A stretch of 64,000 nucleotides of DNA from Octopus vulgaris. Taxonomy: Eukaryota. Where the stretch lies: NCBI GenBank assembly GCA_951406725.2, contig OX597828.1, positions 25,854,001 to 25,918,000 on the forward strand, read 5' to 3'. The position numbers and the translations under genes were made by a program. The notes under the pieces were generated by a model, which was given only the letters and a program-made list of their open reading frames with translations, had not been told where the DNA came from and did no database searches. Below are positions 10,987-26,072 of the stretch, piece after piece (the first letter of the stretch is position 1; every line of letters begins with the position of its first letter).

Positions 10987-11174
10987 TGTGGTGTGGTGTT
11001 GAAGGAGTGTGACGGAGCGGGAGGGAGCGGAAGTGGGTCTTGCAGGTCTTGCAGGGCGCATGCGCCGGCGGAAGCGGAAGTGACAGACAGAACGCACGTG
11101 CGGCATTGACCAGGCCAGGGAGACTCGAGAACGACGCGAAGACGAGAAGACGCTAGCAAGTTGGCTCAAGGCGA
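10987..11174 (+). repeat. 3' LTR, truncated after 188 bp
   Basis: Identical by eye to 8432-8619; lacks the distal 78 bp and terminal CA. Confidence 0.9.
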
Positions 11175-11189
11175 TAATTTGTTCCAATT

Positions 11190-12025
11190 GGTGATGGTTG
11201 GTGATTCGTGGTGCTTGATGGGGCTTAGTGATTGATGGTGGTGACTGGTGATGTTTGATGAGGATTGGTGATTGGTGGTGACTGGTGATGTTTGATGAGG
11301 ATTGGTGATTGGTCGTCAGTGATTAAAAGTAATGTTAGTGAAGTGAGAATGGTTATGGTGAATGGTGGTGAGTAGCAAGTATTATTTTAGGTAAGGGATA
11401 AAGAAATGATAATTGTAAGGGAAGAAATGTGAACGAAATTGTAAAAGTGATGTTGTGGAGTGGCCCAGGATGAATAGAGTTTGGGAAGACAACCTAAATG
11501 TATGAGAAGTTGAAGGGGGTGGGGGTAATTGCTGTGGTGATGGTGCGATAATAGCTTTGTTGGTGTTGTTATTGTTGTTGTTGGTGGTGGTGGTGGTTGT
11601 GGTTGTGAATGTGGTTGTGGTGGTTGTGGTGGTGGTGATGATGATGATGGTGGTGGTGGTGGTGGCGGTGGTGGTGGTTGTGGTGGTGGTGGTGGTGGTG
11701 GTGGTGGTGGTGGTGGTGGTGGTGGTGGTGATGGTGGTGGTGGTGGTTGTGGTGGTGTGGTGGTGGTGGTTGTGGTTGTGGTGGTGGTGGTGGTGGTGGG
11801 TGGTGGTGGTTGTGGTGGTGGTTGTGGTGGTGGTGGTGGTGACGGTGGTGGTTGTGGTGGTGGTGGTGGTGGTGGTGGTGGTTGTGGTGGTGGTTGTTGT
11901 AGTTGTTGGTGGTGGTGGTTGTTGTTGTTGTTGGTGGTGGTTGTGGTGGTGGTTGTGGTGGTGGTGGTGGTGTTGTGGTGGTGGTTGTGGTGGTGGTGAT
12001 GGTGGTGGTGGTGGTTGTGGTGGTG

Positions 12026-12057
<32 letters not shown>

Positions 12058-12122
12058 TTGTTGTTGTTGGTGGTGTTTGTGGTTGTGGTGGTGGTGGTCG
12101 TGGTGGTGGTGGTGGTGGTGAT
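11190..12122. repeat. Degenerate GGTGAT/GATTG repeats grading into (GGT/GTT)n microsatellite
   Basis: 37-bp unit duplicated at ~11240-11313; long (GGT)n tract 11557-12122. Confidence 0.9.
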
Positions 12123-13160
12123 GTCGTTTTGGCGTTGGCAGCGGTAGCGCTGATTGGTAATAGCTAATGAAGACACAAGAATAGTGATAATGATAGCGGT
12201 GGAGATAGAAGCTTCTGGGTTGTCTATTTTTGAAGACCAACCGAAATATGGTTGGTAGGTGGAGTCATGGCAGTTTTAGTGGTGGTGGTGGTGGTGGAGA
12301 AGAGAATGTTAAAAGCAATATTACCTCTGCTCATAAAATAAATATCAAACCCTTGCAGGTGAGAGCTGCAAAGTTTCTCGGCTCCTGTTTACAAATAGCT
12401 GAAGTGAGCTAGCGAGAGTTCAGCACTGGTGATGCAGCATAACCCATTCATCATTTGAGCAATAATCTCAAGATGGATGGTTTGTATTATAACCAGACTA
12501 TTATGACTCTAACCTGGAGCTGATTCAACCGGAAGATGTCATAGTAATACAAATACGACTTGAATTTTTATTCTCCACATATTTTTGGTCTCTCACTGTT
12601 TCCATAGTATCACATTTGATGCAATTGCAGTGTATTTCATTGTCTGTTTGCTTCCATATATATATATATATATATAAATATATCTTTTGCATCTCTTTCA
12701 GTAATATGCTCTTATCAGATCGACATCCAGCATCAATCAGCGAGTATCTAATTCCTGGTTTTGTGCATCTCTGACGACAATGTCAGAGCGATTAGCTTTC
12801 ATCTGTTCTGCCTTGCATCTATTTACATAACCCTATTAAAATGCCGTTGATTTTTTTTTTTTGCTCTTCTCTAAAACTGCTTCTGATCCAGACTTGCACT
12901 ATTTCTGTTCTGGGCATTTTTCTTTTTTTACCATAAATACCAATAAAATACTACTACAACTTCTTCTACTACTACTACCGCTGCAACTATTATTAAGGCT
13001 TTCGTCCTTGTTGCTGTCGTCATTATTGTTTCTGTTGTTGTTATTACCAACTTCATTACGTTTGTAGTTTCAGTTTGTTTAGTAAAACGACGTTATTTCG
13101 CCAACTGTCAAATGAATATTAAAATGAATAGCGTCATCAAAATAAAGCATCAATAAAACC

Positions 13161-14128
<968 letters not shown>

Positions 14129-16929
14129 AGAGTTATTATTTATTATTATTAATATGTTATTAGGGTGGCCACCTGCCAGAATCTTTAGCATCGGAAAAAA
14201 TTGCTCTACGGTGTTTCTTTAGGATCTTTACATTTTGACTTCAAATTACTTCTAGGATTTGACTTATTCTCCACACAAGTGGTATGGTCGATAAACAAAG
14301 TACCAGTCAAATACTGGGTTCGACGACTTCGGCTGCTCCCCACCCTTCACAGTGATTGACGTTCATCTTAAATCAGAAACCGTAATAATTGCTGTTGTTG
14401 ATATTTATTATGAGTCTTCTTACAAGGTTGACAAGCTGACAGAATCTCGTTATGGCACCAGAAGAAATAACTTGCAGCGTTTCACTATCCTCCAGAAGTT
14501 AGCTTTGTCTTTCATCCCCTCTGGGGTCGATAAAATTAAAATGAGGCACCAGACAAGTACTGGCATAGTGAGTATCTACCCGTTCTTCCCCTCTCCCACC
14601 CCACAAAAAATTACTGCATAAATCAGAAAGAGTTATTAGTAACTGGCAGACCAAGAAATTCTGGAGGATTTCCCTATCCTCTCAAAGAAATCATTCACAT
14701 ATCCTTCATTGGTAAGTAGAATCTTCCTTGGGTGTTGTTACTCCCACCCGCCACGAACAATCTATAGACTTGCAAGTTGACCTTCAACTGGCTCCATCGC
14801 GCAGATGAGTGCGTTTGAGTACCTGACACCATTCCGGATGCCAGTTTTTCATTATCCAGTAGTTCTGGTGGAAGAAGAGATGCAGTGTACTCGGGACTGA
14901 TGCCTCTTCGGTAGATTTCCTGTCCTCTATTTTCTTTGGGACATGTTTTTCTTCGTTTCTCTGTCTTTACACTGCTGTATTTGAAGTCTGCTTTCTTCAC
15001 ATTTCTTTTAAACCCAAACCATTTTTTCCTTTTTGCAATTTGTCTTGTAATATTCTTCTACCGTTTCCCTTGCATCAGAATAAAGAATTCGGTGCTTTAC
15101 TTTCTGAGTTCCTTCCTTCGGGATCGATAAAATAGAATATCAATCAATCAATAGGATCGATTTAATCAATTAATACTTCCCCTTGAAATTTCTGGCTTGG
15201 TGTCTGTGTTACAAACAATTATTTGTCTGCCGCACATAAGGTTGGTGAAATGACGGAATCCATCACCGTTTCAAACGTCCAATAAACGGCCTGCAGTTTT
15301 TGCTTCGTTGTATTTGCGTTCAAATCATGCTGCAACTAATTTCGTTTTTCCTTTTCCTGGGATCAATAAAATAAAGTACCTTGAAGGCAGCAAACTGACA
15401 GAACCACGCTAGACAAAATGCTTAGCAGAATTTCTATCGCTTTTTTACGTTCTGAGTTCAAATACTGCTGAGGTCGACTTTGCCTTTCATCCTTTGGGGG
15501 TCGATAAAATAAGTACTTGTCCAGCACTGGGGTCGAGGTAATCAACCCCTTCTGAAAGTCAGTAAAATACGAATGTGGTATCGAGAACAAGCTCGCAGAA
15601 CAAAATACTTAACTGCGTTTTGTATCGGTTCTTTGCGCTGGAGTTCAAAAAGCGCCAAGGGTAACATTGAGTCCCATCCTCTCAGGACCGGCACAATAAG
15701 TTGCAGTCAAGCACTGTAGCTGATGTAAACGATTTGCCATCGTTCTTCAATATTGTTGGCCTTGTGCCAAAATTAGAAAAAAAGTTATTCTTATGAACAT
15801 ACAGATACAAATAAACACAACATTTGTAATATAGGTTTCAAGTTTTGACTCAAGACCAGCAATTTTAGGGGAGGGAGTTAAGTCGGGGACATTGACGTTC
15901 AACTGGTACATACTTCATCGATCCCGAAAGAATGAAAAGTAAAGTCGACCTCGGTGAAATTTGAACTCAGAACGTAAAGAAAGGCCGCTTAGCAGTTTGC
16001 CCTTTCGCGCTAACGATTCTGACATCTCGCCGCCTCAACATAGTATTGAATATTACAAGTTCAGTGAAGGTGGCGAGGTGACAGAATCGTTACCGCATCA
16101 GACAAAATGCTTAGCGACATTTCTATCGGATCTTAATGTTCTGAGCCTAAATTCCGTCGATGAAATAAGGTCCATGAAATAAACACCAGTTGGGCACTGG
16201 CATTAATCATGTCAGCTACACAGATGCATCAACAGACAGTCACACATACACACTCCCGCACGCACACACACACAAACACTATACACACACGCGCGCGTAA
16301 ATACACACACGAATACGTTTATAAGTAGACGGGTGTCGTTCGAGCACGTCGCCGAAAGCTTTTGTAGCATGCAGCAAGTTTTGTAGAAATCATTTGTCCT
16401 GTACAGAGAAATGTTTGTGAAATGGCCAGAACTGAAGAATGAAAATGGACAAGTATTCTATACAAACCAACAGCATCCTCGGGAAACTGAGAGTACGGCA
16501 TAAAAACACCTGGCACAAGCAATAACATACACTCTGCGAATGTTTGCATTGAGTTATTCTCCTCCGGATTATAACTTAACAACGACTTTACATACGTGTA
16601 GAGATACATTATTTTATACATGTATACAGCATGCACGCGTACGTAATTACATACTTTTATACACGTATGCATACACACACACCCACACACACCACAACAC
16701 ACACGCACACACACAACAACACACACACCACACACACACACATACGCGCGCGCTATGTTTAAGGGAACATACGTGGCTGTGTAATAAGACGCTTTTTTCC
16801 CAACCGCACGGTTCTGAGTACTTCACTACTTTAGTCCTGTGTCCACGAAAGCCTTATCAGTGGATTTTGTTGACGGAAACTGAAAGAAACATGTCGTTAT
16901 ATATTTATATATATATATATATATATTAT

Positions 16930-17009
<80 letters not shown>

Positions 17010-17143
17010 CTATATCTATGTATGTATGTATGCATGCTCGAATCGTCAAAAACTTTTTCATTCTTCCCGAGTGTCAAACTAATATAACTGCTTCGTCTTC
17101 AGTTTTCTGCAAATTTAAACTACGCGCGCGCACACACACACAC

Positions 17144-17182
<39 letters not shown>

Positions 17183-17217
17183 CATATTTTCTTTAATGGA
17201 TCAATTAGAAAATAATC

Positions 17218-17293
17218 TTGGCCAAAATTTCGCCCCCCTCAAAGTAGGGCCCAGGGCATGTGCCCTGCTTGCCCCACTCTAGCTATGCCCCTG
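17218..17293. mobile_element. Solo end of a hAT-like non-autonomous DNA transposon
   Basis: Minus strand begins CAGGGGCATAGCTAG, a typical hAT MITE terminus; other end not found. Confidence 0.45.
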
Positions 17294-17307
17294 TATATAT
17301 TTGTATA

Positions 17308-17413
<106 letters not shown>

Positions 17414-17560
17414 CACACATGCACACACATACACACACACACACGCACGCACACACACAAGCACTCGTGCATAAACGTATTAAAAAGAATCAACAAAATT
17501 GTTCTCTTTCAACTTACCTGTCTGTCTTTCTGTCCCTCCTCGTCCCTCTCTCACTCTTTC

Positions 17561-17621
<61 letters not shown>

Positions 17622-17828
17622 TTCTCCCTCTTCAACGACCACTATCCCTCAACTCTGTTCCTGCAGAATGCCTTGTCATCGATTCCTCTGCTCTAAGGTG
17701 CTGACCAAGAACAATAAAAGAAGGAAAAGAAATCGAAACGATTCCTCTGCGATCTTTCCTTTCTGTCCCTCTCTCTCCCGTTTCTTCAGCCTTTCGTCTC
17801 ACTATCTCCCCCCACCTCTCTCTCTCAC

Positions 17829-17869
<41 letters not shown>

Positions 17870-18699
17870 ATGTGGATGTGTGTATATGTGTGTGTGCGTG
17901 TGCATGTGTGTATGTGTGTGTGCGTGTGCATGTGTGTATGTGTGTGTTTAGTCGTATCATTTTCTCTTTCCTTTCTCTCTCACACACGCACACACTACAC
18001 CCACACCCCATATACAACCCCTGTTCCCCCCACAACATTCCACCTCCACTTCCTACTCCTCCTCCTCCTCCTCATTCTTCTTCTTCTTCTTCTTCTTCTT
18101 CTTCTTCTTCTTCGCTTCATTCTTTCTGCTTTCTTCCTGATTCGGTCTCATTGCCCATTTCACTTTTTCCATTCATCACCCGCGCCCGCCTCTCTCCCTC
18201 TCCCCTCTCTCTTCTTTCTCTTTCACAATCCCCCACCCCTCTCTCCCCTCCCCTCCATCTCTCTCCCCTCCATCTCTCTCACCTCCCCCTCCATCTCTCT
18301 CACCTCCCCCTCCATCTCTCCCCCCCTCCATCTCTCCCCCCCCTCCATCTCTCTCTCTCTCTCTCTGAGCGCCGTTTCGCAACTAATAAACACCATCAAC
18401 GAGCGAACCGTATTTTCAAAAATCGCCATTTTGACCCCAGTTTCCTTCTTCATCCAAAAACCTCAAGCACAGATTGTTTTTCCTTTTCTTTTTTGTTTTG
18501 TTTTGTTTTTGTTGTTTTCTTCTTTCAAAGCTGGTTGTTGTTGTTGTTGTTGTCGTCGTCGTCGTTGTTGTCGTTGTTGTATTTTGTTCTTCTCCAAGTC
18601 GTCGTCGTCGTCGTCGGCGGCTAATCAAATGCCGCCTCCGACACAAAAACCGCGGCACAATTTCATATTTGTTTCATTATTTCTTACTAATGTTGTTCT

Positions 18700-19740
<1,041 letters not shown>

Positions 19741-20105
19741 ACGACAATGTTTCTGGTCGTTGTTTTTTGTTGACATTACAACTGTTGTTGCTTTAGTGAT
19801 CGTCGTAGTCGCCCTTGTTTATACTGTTGCTGTTGTTCTAGTTGTTGTTGCTGCTGTTGTTGTTGCCATTGCCTTAATCTTTGCAGTAGAAGACGGTTTC
19901 TTTTTTTTTTTTCTTCAGTGTTTGGAGAAGTTTGTCTTTCCCTTCTTTTCTTTCTTTGACTCTGTCACACACACGCGCGCGCACACGCACACACGCACGC
20001 AGATATACACACGCACACGCACGCACACATACACACACAAACACACAAACACAAACGAAAGCCTCTAATTAACTAACGTTGCTTCCAGTAATAGAAATAG
20101 TTCTT

Positions 20106-20262
<157 letters not shown>

Positions 20263-20632
20263 AATATTATTTTTGTTGATGTTGTTGATGATGTTTTTTG
20301 TTATTATTATCATTATTAATATTGTTATTTTTTCTTGTTATTCTTTTCTTTATGTGTATATATATGTATGTCTGCTTTTGAGTGTCTTTGTGTATAGCAA
20401 TGTATGTGTTTAAATATTTTGTGTATTTGTATGTGTGTGCACGTAATTATATATATGTGTGTGTATGTGTGTTTGTGTGTGAGAGTGTGTGTATATGTGT
20501 GTGTTTGTGTGTGTGTGTGTGTTTGTATGTGTGTGTGTTAGCAGTCTTGGCTAAAATGTCGGTGAAGGAAAAAAATATCAACAGAGGTTAATAAACTGAT
20601 GACGACGAAGTGAAGGGTGCAATGGTGGCGTT

Positions 20633-21058
20633 AGAAGAAGAAGAAGAAGAAGAAGAAGAAGAAGAAGCAGCAGAAGAAGAAGAAGAAGAAGAAGAAAAGG
20701 AAGAAGAAGAAGAAGAAGAAGAAGAAGAAGAAGAAAATGAAGAAGAAGAAAAGGAAGAAGAAGAAAAGGGAAGAAGAAAAGAAGAAGAAGAAGAAGAAGA
20801 AGAAGAAAAAGAAGAAGAAGAAGAAAAAAAAGAAGAAGAAGAAGAAGAAGAAGAAAAAAGAAGATGAAGAAGAAGAAGAAGAAGAAGAAGAAGGAAGAAG
20901 AAGAAGAAGAAAAAAAGAAGAAGAAGAAGAAGAAGAAGAAGAAGAAGAAGAAGAAGAAGAAGAAGAAGAAGAAGAAGAAGAAGAAGAAGAAGAAGAAGAA
21001 GAAGAAGAAGAAGAAGAAGAAGAAGAAGAAGAAGAAGAAGAAGAAGAAGAAGAAGAAG
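20633..21058. repeat. (GAA)n polypurine tract, ~425 bp
   Basis: Direct reading. Confidence 0.97.
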
Positions 21059-21588
21059 GAAGTGTAGGGGAAAGAAACTACTTTAGTGCCGGAATCTTTC
21101 TATATGGATGCTAGAAAGTTAAAGAGCAAAGTAGACCTTGGCGAAATTTGAACTGAGGGAGTCAGATATTCAGAATAAATACCACCAGGTATTCTGTCCG
21201 ATGCTTTCCCAGTTCGGTCTATTCACCACTTTCATTATAAGAACCACCTGATATGTTCTAAGAGAAAACCATTGAGTGCTTTACGGTTTTAATTCAGTTA
21301 TTTTTTTTTTACCTGCAGCCAGGTGGGGCACCGCCTTGAAACGTTTTAGTCGAACAACTTGAAGACAATACGTGTTTTTTAAAGTCCGACACTTATTTTA
21401 TCGGTCTCTTTTATCAAACCGCTAAGTTACTGGGACGTAAACAAACGTCTTGATATGCGTGGTAGTCATGGCTGGAATGCCTATCAAAGATCTCTAATAC
21501 TACTACACCGCACCACAAAAGATATTTGACTGATGCTGATAATTTACAAATATACTTCTTGGATCAAATACCTGACGTACAAGGTATT

Positions 21589-21939
21589 TATTTCTTTACT
21601 ACCCACAAGGGGCTAAACACAGAGGGGACAAACAAGGACAGACAAACGGATTAAGTCGATTACATCGACCCCAGTGCGTAATTGGTGCTTAATTTATCGA
21701 CCCCGAGAGGAAGAAAGGCAAAGTCGACCTCGGCGGAATTTGAACTCGGAACGTAGCGGCAGACGAAATACCTATTTTTTTACTACCTACAAGGGGCTAA
21801 ACACAGAGGGGACAAACAAGGACAGACAAACGGATTAAGTCGGTTACACCGACCCCAGTGCATAACTGGTGCTTAATTTATCGACCCTGAGAGGGTGAAA
21901 GGCAAAGTCGACCTCGGCGAAATTTGAACCCAGAACGTA
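21589..21939 (-). mobile_element. Head-to-tail dimer of 5'-truncated young family-B SINE
   Basis: Two units (~21589-21770, ~21771-21939) inside one 19-bp TSD ACCTGACGTACAAGGTATT (21570-21588, 21940-21958). Confidence 0.9.
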
Positions 21940-22378
21940 ACCTGACGTACAAGGTATTGTAAAGCGGTCTTTTGCCACTGTTGCGCCTGTCTTTTGACAA
22001 CGGTTGTCGCTCTGACAGACATTGCTATATTCCAAAGTCATCGATAGAATGGTTCTGTATATGACTCCCAGTCATACAGTGTTATTATCCTCAAAAGATA
22101 GGATCGTTACAACGTCCACCTAGTATCAAAGTAGAATTACTACGTCAGCACAGATACGACTATCAACACAATCTACACGTACTCTCTCGATACTGGCCGA
22201 CGTCACCTTACTTATCGTCACCTGGGAAGGGTGTGAAGGCGCATGGTTTTGTGGTTAGGGTATTTGGCTAATGATCGTAGGTTCAATTCCTGGACTGGTG
22301 CGTTATGAGTCTTTGAGCATGGTTCTTCGTATTTCGCTGATTCAGTTTACTCGCTTGCGATGAGTGATGAGGCAGTCA

Positions 22379-22441
<63 letters not shown>

Positions 22442-23127
22442 ATCACATCTTGGATGCTCCGTTGCATCAAGGATAAAGGTACTAAGGATGTATGTATATC
22501 TGCCCAGGATTACAGAAATATCTAAAACAACTACAGACAGCATTATACATATTACCAAGTCGTCACTCACGAGCGAGTGATGTCAGCAGCTTGCACTGTA
22601 CTGCAACAATGGTGGCTCTTGAACCTTACATTGCAAACTGTGGACATAAACTGATCAATGTGTGTCAATCTCAAGAGGCAAGATAATGAAACATAATATC
22701 TTAGCTTCTGAGCTCATTGCCCCACCCATCGATTTGTTTTTATATCAATACTTGCCCCCACTGTTTTGAGCAATTTTAGAGCTAAAAAGCAAGTTTGAAT
22801 GCTTAAACAATCAATAAATGCATTTAGTTTGAGTTCAGAGTTTTTAACAGTTTTTTTAAATAGTGTACGTATCATGCCCGAATGGTTGAGGAGTTCGAAT
22901 TATAAGCATGTTCGATCTAACTTCGTGGCACCTCAAGCAAGTGTCATTTACATTTCTCTCCACTCGATGCAAGTTTTGTGAGGGAAAGTGTGTTTTGTGA
23001 TAGAAAGTGTGCAGGAATCTACTGGATGCAATTTAAGGATTTCGAATGTTGGGCAGTCAGAATATTGCGTAATTGCAAAAACAATTCCAGCTATTCGGAG
23101 GCATTTTGTCTCTATCTTTTAATTCTT

Positions 23128-23400
23128 CATTGGGCTGCGGCCATTCTGAGGCACCAGACTTCAGTACTTATTCGTTTTTTTTTTTCAAAATCTGGTACTC
23201 ATTCTATCAGTCGCTTTTACCGAATCACTAAGTTACAGAGACGTAAACAAACAACACCGGTTGTCAAGCGGAGTAATGATACAAACACCAACACAAATAT
23301 ACACACACACGCACACACACAGAGACACACACACGCACATACACTCATGTATTTCCACACAATTTTCGTCTTCCAAATCACTCAGATGGTGGACACATGG
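23128..23400 (-). mobile_element. Diverged family-A SINE
   Basis: CTGCGGCCATTCTG, CGAATCACTAAGTTAC, ACACCGGTTGTCAAGCG, CCAAATCACTCA landmarks. Confidence 0.7.
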
Positions 23401-24772
23401 CTTTAGTAAAAGACACATATTTCAGTTTGAATTTCAATTCAATTTCTATTTTTTTTTGTCTTCTATCGATTCAAAAACAGCAGACAAAAACGCGTCTTGA
23501 CGATGACCATTACTGACAGCTGAGAGTATTAAAAATATCTATTTTCATTTTCTTTGCGATTTATTTTCGAAACCTGACGATTTGAAGCGATGAAGCTTTT
23601 GGTCTTATTCCCTGGCATTAGTAGCGTGAGGTGATGTGCTTTTGAAATCAATCAACTGAAATACTGTTTTGGACTTCTTTTCCTAGGGCCTTATCACAGT
23701 TTCTGCTATGCACAATACAAACGATTATTTTATTAACATAGATTCAATTGGATCCCTTGTTCATGCCTGGTATTTATTTCAGCCAAAGTAGAGACTGAAG
23801 GGTGAAGTTGGTTTCGAACGGAGAACGTAGAAACCTGACATTAAATAGTCTTTAGTACTTCCCGCTCTTTTTTTAAAGAATTAGACCAGAACTTCGACAG
23901 CTTCAACCAATTCAACACCCCCACCCCACCCCACTCCAAAGACTTTATCGCAAATATTGTTTTTGGCTTGAATCAGCGGGTAATTAAACTCTTTACACTA
24001 AATTCAGACTGCATCAAGCCAACATTTTCATATTTTCAGACAAACTTTTTTCGACAGAAAAAAAAAGAAAGAAAATAAGAGAAAATATATAAATAAACAA
24101 AAATAAAAGTAAAATAAAGAAATAAAAAAAAATTCAATCGATATTTGCTACACACACAAAACGATCAAAGCAAAATTGGGGATCGATTAACGAACGAGCA
24201 AAACGAATGAACGAAGTCTGCTTTCGTTGTGTCAGACATTTGAAAAAAAAAAAATTGGCGATGCTATATCTGCTTCTGTTGTTGTTGTTGTTTTTGTTGT
24301 GCTTAAAACTAATGAAATGTAGTTTATAAAAATACAATGCATCGTTTTTGATTATACTCGCTTTTAATAAGTCTTAAATTAGACTTTGTGAGAACGATGG
24401 CGTGATAGTTGTGAAGGCGGTTGTTAAAATACGTAGTTTAAATACTTATAAGGCTGAGTTTTGTAGAAACCACTTCAGCTTTACTGAACATTCAAACGTT
24501 ACTAATAATTATTAGTATAATTAGAGTGACGCAGTGAAACCCAACCAACAGAGTACAAAATATACTGTCTTGCTGTATTTAGTACATTCCTTTACGTTCG
24601 GAGTTCAAATCGCACCGAATTCGATTTCGCCTTTCATCTGCTCGGATCGATGAAGTAGCCGGCAAATACTGAGCTTGTTTAAATTGTCTAAGACTCTCTC
24701 ATAAAATGTTTAGCGGTGTCAAATCCAGTAATCGATGGTTATAAAAGTGTAACTCGACTACAGCGAAATTAT

Positions 24773-25157
24773 GGAAGCACTCCGTCGGTTACGACGATGA
24801 GAGTTCCGGTTGATCCGAATCAACGGAACAGCCTGCTCGTGAAATTAACGTGTAAGTGGCTGAGCACTCCACAGATACGTGCACCCTTAACGTAGTTCTC
24901 GGGGATATTCAGCGTGACACAGAGAGTGACAAGGCCGGCCCTTTGAAATACAGGTACAACAGAAACAGGAAGTAAGAGTGAGAGAAAGTTGTGGTGAAAG
25001 AGTACAGCAGGGATCACCACCATCCCCTGCCGGAGCCTCGTGGAGCTTTCAGGTGTTTTCGCTCAATAAACACTCACAACGCCCGGTCTAGGAATCGAAA
25101 CCGTAATCCTATGACCGCGAGTCCGCTGCCCTAACCACTGGGCCATTGCGCCTCCAC
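24773..25157 (-). mobile_element. tRNA-derived SINE, family C, full length
   Basis: Minus-strand head GTGGAGGCGCAATGGCCCAGTGGTTAGG...GGTTTCGATTCC; TSD (AC)AGCGAAATTAT at 24760-24772 and 25156-25168; second copy at 55135. Confidence 0.92.
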
Positions 25158-25254
25158 AGCGAAATTATATCTCGTTTTAACCGTTAAAGCTTTGAATCTT
25201 TGCAGAGATCCTTGTTTCTTACCCTATGAGACACTGGTGTCTGCAACACATTTT

Positions 25255-25458
25255 CTTAAGCACAAGGCCTGAAATTTTGGGGGAGGGGTAAGTCGATTAC
25301 ATCGACTCAAGTGCTCAACTGGAGCTTATTTCATCGATCCCGAAGGATTAAACCGTTAAGTAGATTTTGGTGGAATTCCTTCTGAAAGCGTAAAGACGGA
25401 CGAACAGCTGCAAAGTACTTTGCCTGTCGTGCCAGCGATTCTGCCAGCTCGCCACCTT
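25255..25458 (-). mobile_element. Family-B SINE
   Basis: Reverse complement of GGTGGCGAGCTGGCAGAATCG...CCCCTCCCCCAAAATTTCAGGCCTTGTG. Confidence 0.8.
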
Positions 25459-25944
25459 CTTTTCATGTCTCTAATATAAGCAATAAGATCCCTCAGACAC
25501 TGTGCATTGTATGTGTAAATATGATGTGTACCAATCAATTTTGTTTGGTGGATGTAAGTTAACCTTCAATCACATCGATAAATCAATAGATCAATATCAA
25601 TAGACCATCTTGTGGTCGTTTTATCTTCCCCGTTGGTTTTTATTCCGGGTTATCCCAGGTAAATAAGACCTATGATTAAAGAAACGCCAGCAATGAAGAT
25701 CCTATCTGGATTTTTAGATATAGTGTATCCAAGACTAAATCGACGTCCTTCATTTTCAAGACTGTATGGAAATGGATTATAGAAAGAAATTTATTTGTTA
25801 TTTCTAGCTAATCAAGAGTCCACACAGCATCTCCGGAACTCACATAAAACACACAGTTTGACAGTCGAACCAGTTGGTGAGACCTGTATATTTAATATTC
25901 CAGCAGAACCCTGCTTTTGCTTGGCTCAGGACCCTTTTCCTCTT

Positions 25945-26072
25945 TTCCTATGACAATTTCCGCGTTCCGTGGCGGTAGGCCCCTCGTCTGGGATGCCACA
26001 TACCTTGACACCTTCTCCAGCAGCATCTTGGTGTTGTCAGCTACCAGTCCGGGCTCCGCAAGTACGATCCCC
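25945..26072 (+). pseudogene. Fragment of the restriction-like endonuclease region of a CRE-like non-LTR retrotransposon
   Basis: MTISAFRGGRPLVWDATYLDTFSSSILVLSATSPGSAS matches the recalled CRE-type pattern T..P...G.PLVWD.T..DT.A.S.......G.AA. Confidence 0.6.

Larger units (their letters stand above)
8432..11174 (+). mobile_element. Ty3/gypsy LTR retrotransposon, internally deleted (no gag or protease), 3' LTR truncated
   Basis: Identical 188-bp direct repeats, RT-RH-IN domain order, polypurine tract before the 3' LTR, GC content far above the flanks. Confidence 0.95.

Noticed and set aside
11382-12240. Long poly-T/H/P/V ORFs on both strands
   Set aside because: Produced by (GGT)n microsatellite; open in several frames with no complex sequence or splice context
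25085-25157. tRNA gene-like sequence (also heads at 32131, 37698, 55524, 56505)
   Set aside because: These are SINE heads continuing into SINE bodies, several with TSDs; no complete cloverleaf or acceptor stem
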